A DNA stretch of 39,939 nt. Source: Candidatus Nanopelagicales bacterium. GTDB taxonomy: Bacteria; Actinomycetota; Actinomycetes; S36-B12. This document shows, piece by piece, positions 36,074 through 39,939 of this stretch (position 1 is the first letter of the stretch; every line of letters starts with the position of its first letter). The position numbers and the translations under genes are program-made. The DNA is taken from the NCBI GenBank assembly GCA_023253325.1, contig JALRGY010000001.1, positions 1,317 to 41,255 of the forward strand. The letters run 5' to 3'. The notes under the pieces were generated by a model. That model had not been told where the DNA came from and searched no databases. It saw only the letters and a program-made list of their open reading frames with translations.

Positions 36074-37027
36074 CTAGCTTTCTCGAGTGAGATGGAGCAC
36101 AACTCCATCAAGCAGGTCGTGTTCACTCACCAAGACCCTTTCGAGGTCCAGCGCCCGCATCGCTTCCCTGAGAACCAGAGCTCCCCCACCAATGACGTCG
36201 ACTCGACCCGGATGCATAAAACCGAGACGAGCCCGATCAGCCCTACTCATGCCAACGAGTTGCTCAGTAATAGCCTCAACTTGGTCGCGGCTCAACGTCG
36301 TGCCATGAATAGCATCGGCGTCATAACTATCCAAGCCCAGTGCCATCGCGGCAATCGTGGTCACAGAACCTGCTAATCCAATAAAAGTTTGTGCTGTATC
36401 CGTTGGTAGGACTTCTCTTACTGCCAGAATTTCACGATTCAAAGTGTCAACGGTGCGATCAATTTCATTCAGCTTTGGTGGATCGCTCAACAGGTACCTC
36501 TCTGTCATGCGCACACACCCAACATTGATACTCCGCGCGACTAGTTTTCCTTGTGAATCAGGCATGACAAATTCAGTTGAACCGCCGCCGATATCAGCAA
36601 CAAGTATGGGTGCGTTCGGGAGTGGATCGAACCCGCTCGTCGCCCCAGCAAAAGATAATCGCGCTTCTTCATCACCTGAGATAACTTCCGGTTGCACGCC
36701 AAGTATGGACTCAACTCCATGAATAAATTCGTCCCGGTTTGAAACATCACGTGATGCAGATGTTGCAATGAATCGAAGTTGCTCTACCTGATGCTCTCGG
36801 ATTAATTCGGCATACTCGCCACAGGCTTGGAATGTCCGAGTCAGAGCATTTGAGCTGAACTCACCCGTTGCATCAACGCCTTCGCCCAAGCGCACGGTTC
36901 GCATTTCCCTCACCAAGTCGACAGGGACAGCGTGTTCGTGCGCATTCTCCGCGATTAATAGACGGATTGCATTTGTCCCGCAATCAATCGCGGCAACTCG
37001 TTTACCTGTGCGCACAGTTGTCCACAC
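36074..37027 (-). CDS. ppx: Ppx/GppA family exopolyphosphatase (start approximate)
   Basis: AIDCGTNAIRL, ATSASRD, DIGGGSTE, GRVDVIGGG, EHDLLDG. Confidence 0.93.
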   Translation of the reverse strand: MWTTVRTGKRVAAIDCGTNAIRLLIAENAHEHAVPVDLVREMRTVRLGEGVDATGEFSSNALTRTFQACGEYAELIREHQVEQLRFIATSASRDVSNRDEFIHGVESILGVQPEVISGDEEARLSFAGATSGFDPLPNAPILVADIGGGSTEFVMPDSQGKLVARSINVGCVRMTERYLLSDPPKLNEIDRTVDTLNREILAVREVLPTDTAQTFIGLAGSVTTIAAMALGLDSYDADAIHGTTLSRDQVEAITEQLVGMSRADRARLGFMHPGRVDVIGGGALVLREAMRALDLERVLVSEHDLLDGVVLHLTRES

Positions 37028-37502
37028 TCCACAATGGATCCAGACGTTCTAATGCCAGATCTCCTAATGGGTTTACACCTGGACCTTTTGCCAGCGAATG
37101 GCCAATAAGTACATGGAGACACTTGACCCTGGTGGGCATCCCTCCCGCGGATATCCCATCAAGTTCAGGAACGAACTCAATGGCATTCCTTTCAGCCAAA
37201 TAATCCTCGTGCGCGGATGCATAACCCATGGCCAGCCCGGGCTCAAGTTCAAGCAGGTTCTCCATTTCGCGCATGAGGCCGGAACTTTCAAGTGTGCCAA
37301 TCGCGCCCGAAAGCTTTGGACAGGTGATGTAGTAGGTGGTGGGGAATGGAGTGCCATCAGGTAATCGCGGGAGCGTGCGAACCACAAGTGGGTCCGAACA
37401 CGCGCACCGAGCAGAGATTTCAATTACTCCGCGTGGCTCCCGACCTAATTGCAGTTCGATGATGTTGAGATCTGCCGGTGCTATCGAGATCCTGCTACTC
37501 AC
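37002..37502 (-). CDS. DUF501 family protein
   Basis: QLGREPRG, PRLPDGTPFPTTYY.TCP, GGMPTRVKCLH; GTG 37502 overlaps the ftsB 3' end. Confidence 0.9.
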   Translation of the reverse strand: MSSRISIAPADLNIIELQLGREPRGVIEISARCACSDPLVVRTLPRLPDGTPFPTTYYITCPKLSGAIGTLESSGLMREMENLLELEPGLAMGYASAHEDYLAERNAIEFVPELDGISAGGMPTRVKCLHVLIGHSLAKGPGVNPLGDLALERLDPLWSVDNCAHR

Positions 37503-37911
37503 TTGCTGGCTCGACGGCGTCGTCGGCTTCTTGCACCGCACCCCATAACTTGGAATACCATGCGGGATTCTTTTCAGCGGCAAGATCTGAGATGGTTTCT
37601 GCGGCTGGCCGACCATCAGCCCCCAGGGCTACGTAACCGATTTCCCCCGGCATGACGAAGTGGAGCCTGCGACGCGCCTCGGCGGCAACGAATGCAGGAT
37701 CAACCCATCGCTCCTTTTCTAATTGGAGTTGGGCCACATTCGCCGAAGAAACTTCAATCTGAGCTTGAAGTTCAGCGATTTCAGCCCGCTGCCCAAACCA
37801 ATTGCGAACTGGAACCACCAACAGCACCCCCACCGCGGCTAGGGTTAGAACCAAAGCAAGGGCACGACCGGTCAAAGAACCACTCCCGCTCGATTGCTTG
37901 GTCACCGCCAT
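37495..37911 (-). CDS. ftsB: septum formation initiator FtsB/DivIC
   Basis: TM, coiled coil, DP..V..EAR.RL..VMPGE; located between eno and DUF501. Confidence 0.88.
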   Translation of the reverse strand: MAVTKQSSGSGSLTGRALALVLTLAAVGVLLVVPVRNWFGQRAEIAELQAQIEVSSANVAQLQLEKERWVDPAFVAAEARRRLHFVMPGEIGYVALGADGRPAAETISDLAAEKNPAWYSKLWGAVQEADDAVEPASE

Positions 37912-37946
37912 AACTCAATGGTCACACGAAAATTGAACAAAATGGA

Positions 37947-39239
<1,293 letters not shown>

Positions 39240-39360
39240 CTAGCCAACGGCACTTCTCCCCCAACGGGGAACCTGATGCTAAATCGTGATGAAAAGACAC
39301 AGCCGAACATGGAACCCTGTGCGTCATAGACATGACAAAACCAAGACTGAGGAGTTTCTT

Positions 39361-39939
39361 ATGAGGCGGCTACGAGGCAATCAACGCTATGCGGTTACAG
39401 GGCTGGGCGCAATGGCACTACTGGCGTTGATGGGCCTTGCCGGATGTGGGAATCAGGATGCCTCCGTCCAGCCGATGGGTGATGCCATTTCATCGGATTT
39501 CACCGCGGAAAGTTCGACGGCCTTTGACGGGAACTTAAAGTCAAGCACGGTCGTGATCAGAACCGCTTCGATCAGTTTGCTCACCGATAACGCCAGCGAG
39601 AGGGTGGAGCAAATCCGTGACCTGACAGCGAGTTTTGGTGGAAGTGTCACCCAGGAAGACCTACGCACGAGTGAGAACGCGGAATACGCCAGCATGACGG
39701 TTAAAGTTCCAAACTCAGAACTTGAGAATTTCATTGAGTCCACTAAAAATCTTGGAACGTGGACTAACTTCAGCATCTCTGAGTCCGACGTCACCATGGC
39801 GGTCACGGACCTCGATGCTCGGATCGAAGCACTCAACACGAGCATTGAGAAATTGATGGAACTTCAAAGTCAGGCAGCAAGCGTGGCAGACCTTGTTGCC
39901 GTTGAGTCGGAATTAGCTTCACGCACCGCAGAGCGGGAT
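39361..39939 (+). CDS. DUF4349 domain lipoprotein, 3' end outside window
   Basis: Not in ORF track. GAGGAG SD; MRRLRGNQRYAVTGLGAMALLALMGLAGC lipobox; VIRTASI, VKVP, DVT...DLDARI, DLVAVESEL; frame open to window edge. Confidence 0.85.
   Translation, partial: MRRLRGNQRYAVTGLGAMALLALMGLAGCGNQDASVQPMGDAISSDFTAESSTAFDGNLKSSTVVIRTASISLLTDNASERVEQIRDLTASFGGSVTQEDLRTSENAEYASMTVKVPNSELENFIESTKNLGTWTNFSISESDVTMAVTDLDARIEALNTSIEKLMELQSQAASVADLVAVESELASRTAERD

Noticed and set aside
37503-37616. Upstream extension of the DUF501 ORF
   Set aside because: Overlaps ftsB extensively; family-like sequence begins after GTG 37502.
39453-39845. 130-aa minus-strand ORF
   Set aside because: Shadow of the plus-strand DUF4349 lipoprotein starting at 39361.

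Overview
Chromosomal core region of a mid-GC, gene-dense actinobacterium. Mycothiol amidase, GreA-DUF4307, CBS/MetB and eno-ftsB-DUF501-ppx support this; a streamlined aquatic lineage such as Nanopelagicales is plausible but is inference. The window holds about 46 CDS and one tRNA-Leu(TAA). I see no integrase, transposase, CRISPR array or rRNA. The backbone follows the conserved actinobacterial order (isoprenyl transferase / YyaL / mca / DUF4307 / greA / metB / cbs / YccA / tRNA-Leu / ppx / DUF501 / ftsB / eno). Inserted modules are: Lrp + tryptophan 2,3-dioxygenase-like gene, NfeD-SPFH, ModE-like-modABC-ung, DrrAB-type ABC, a DUF2786 + HEXXH metalloprotein pair, MFS, an exported sulfatase, and a LacI-regulated glucoside uptake cluster with an msiK RNA motif. 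The strongest non-coding signal is regulatory. About 21 genes have a -10 hexamer exactly 6 nt before the start codon, which predicts leaderless mRNAs. Five of these use an extended TGn[G/C]AnnnT variant, and in three cases the upstream gene's stop codon is part of the next promoter. Other notable items are a short-variable-arm tRNA-Leu(UAA) with a C27-C43 mismatch, two matching LacI operators, and the uncharacterised DUF2786/HEXXH pair. I found nothing I can prove is a wholly new system.
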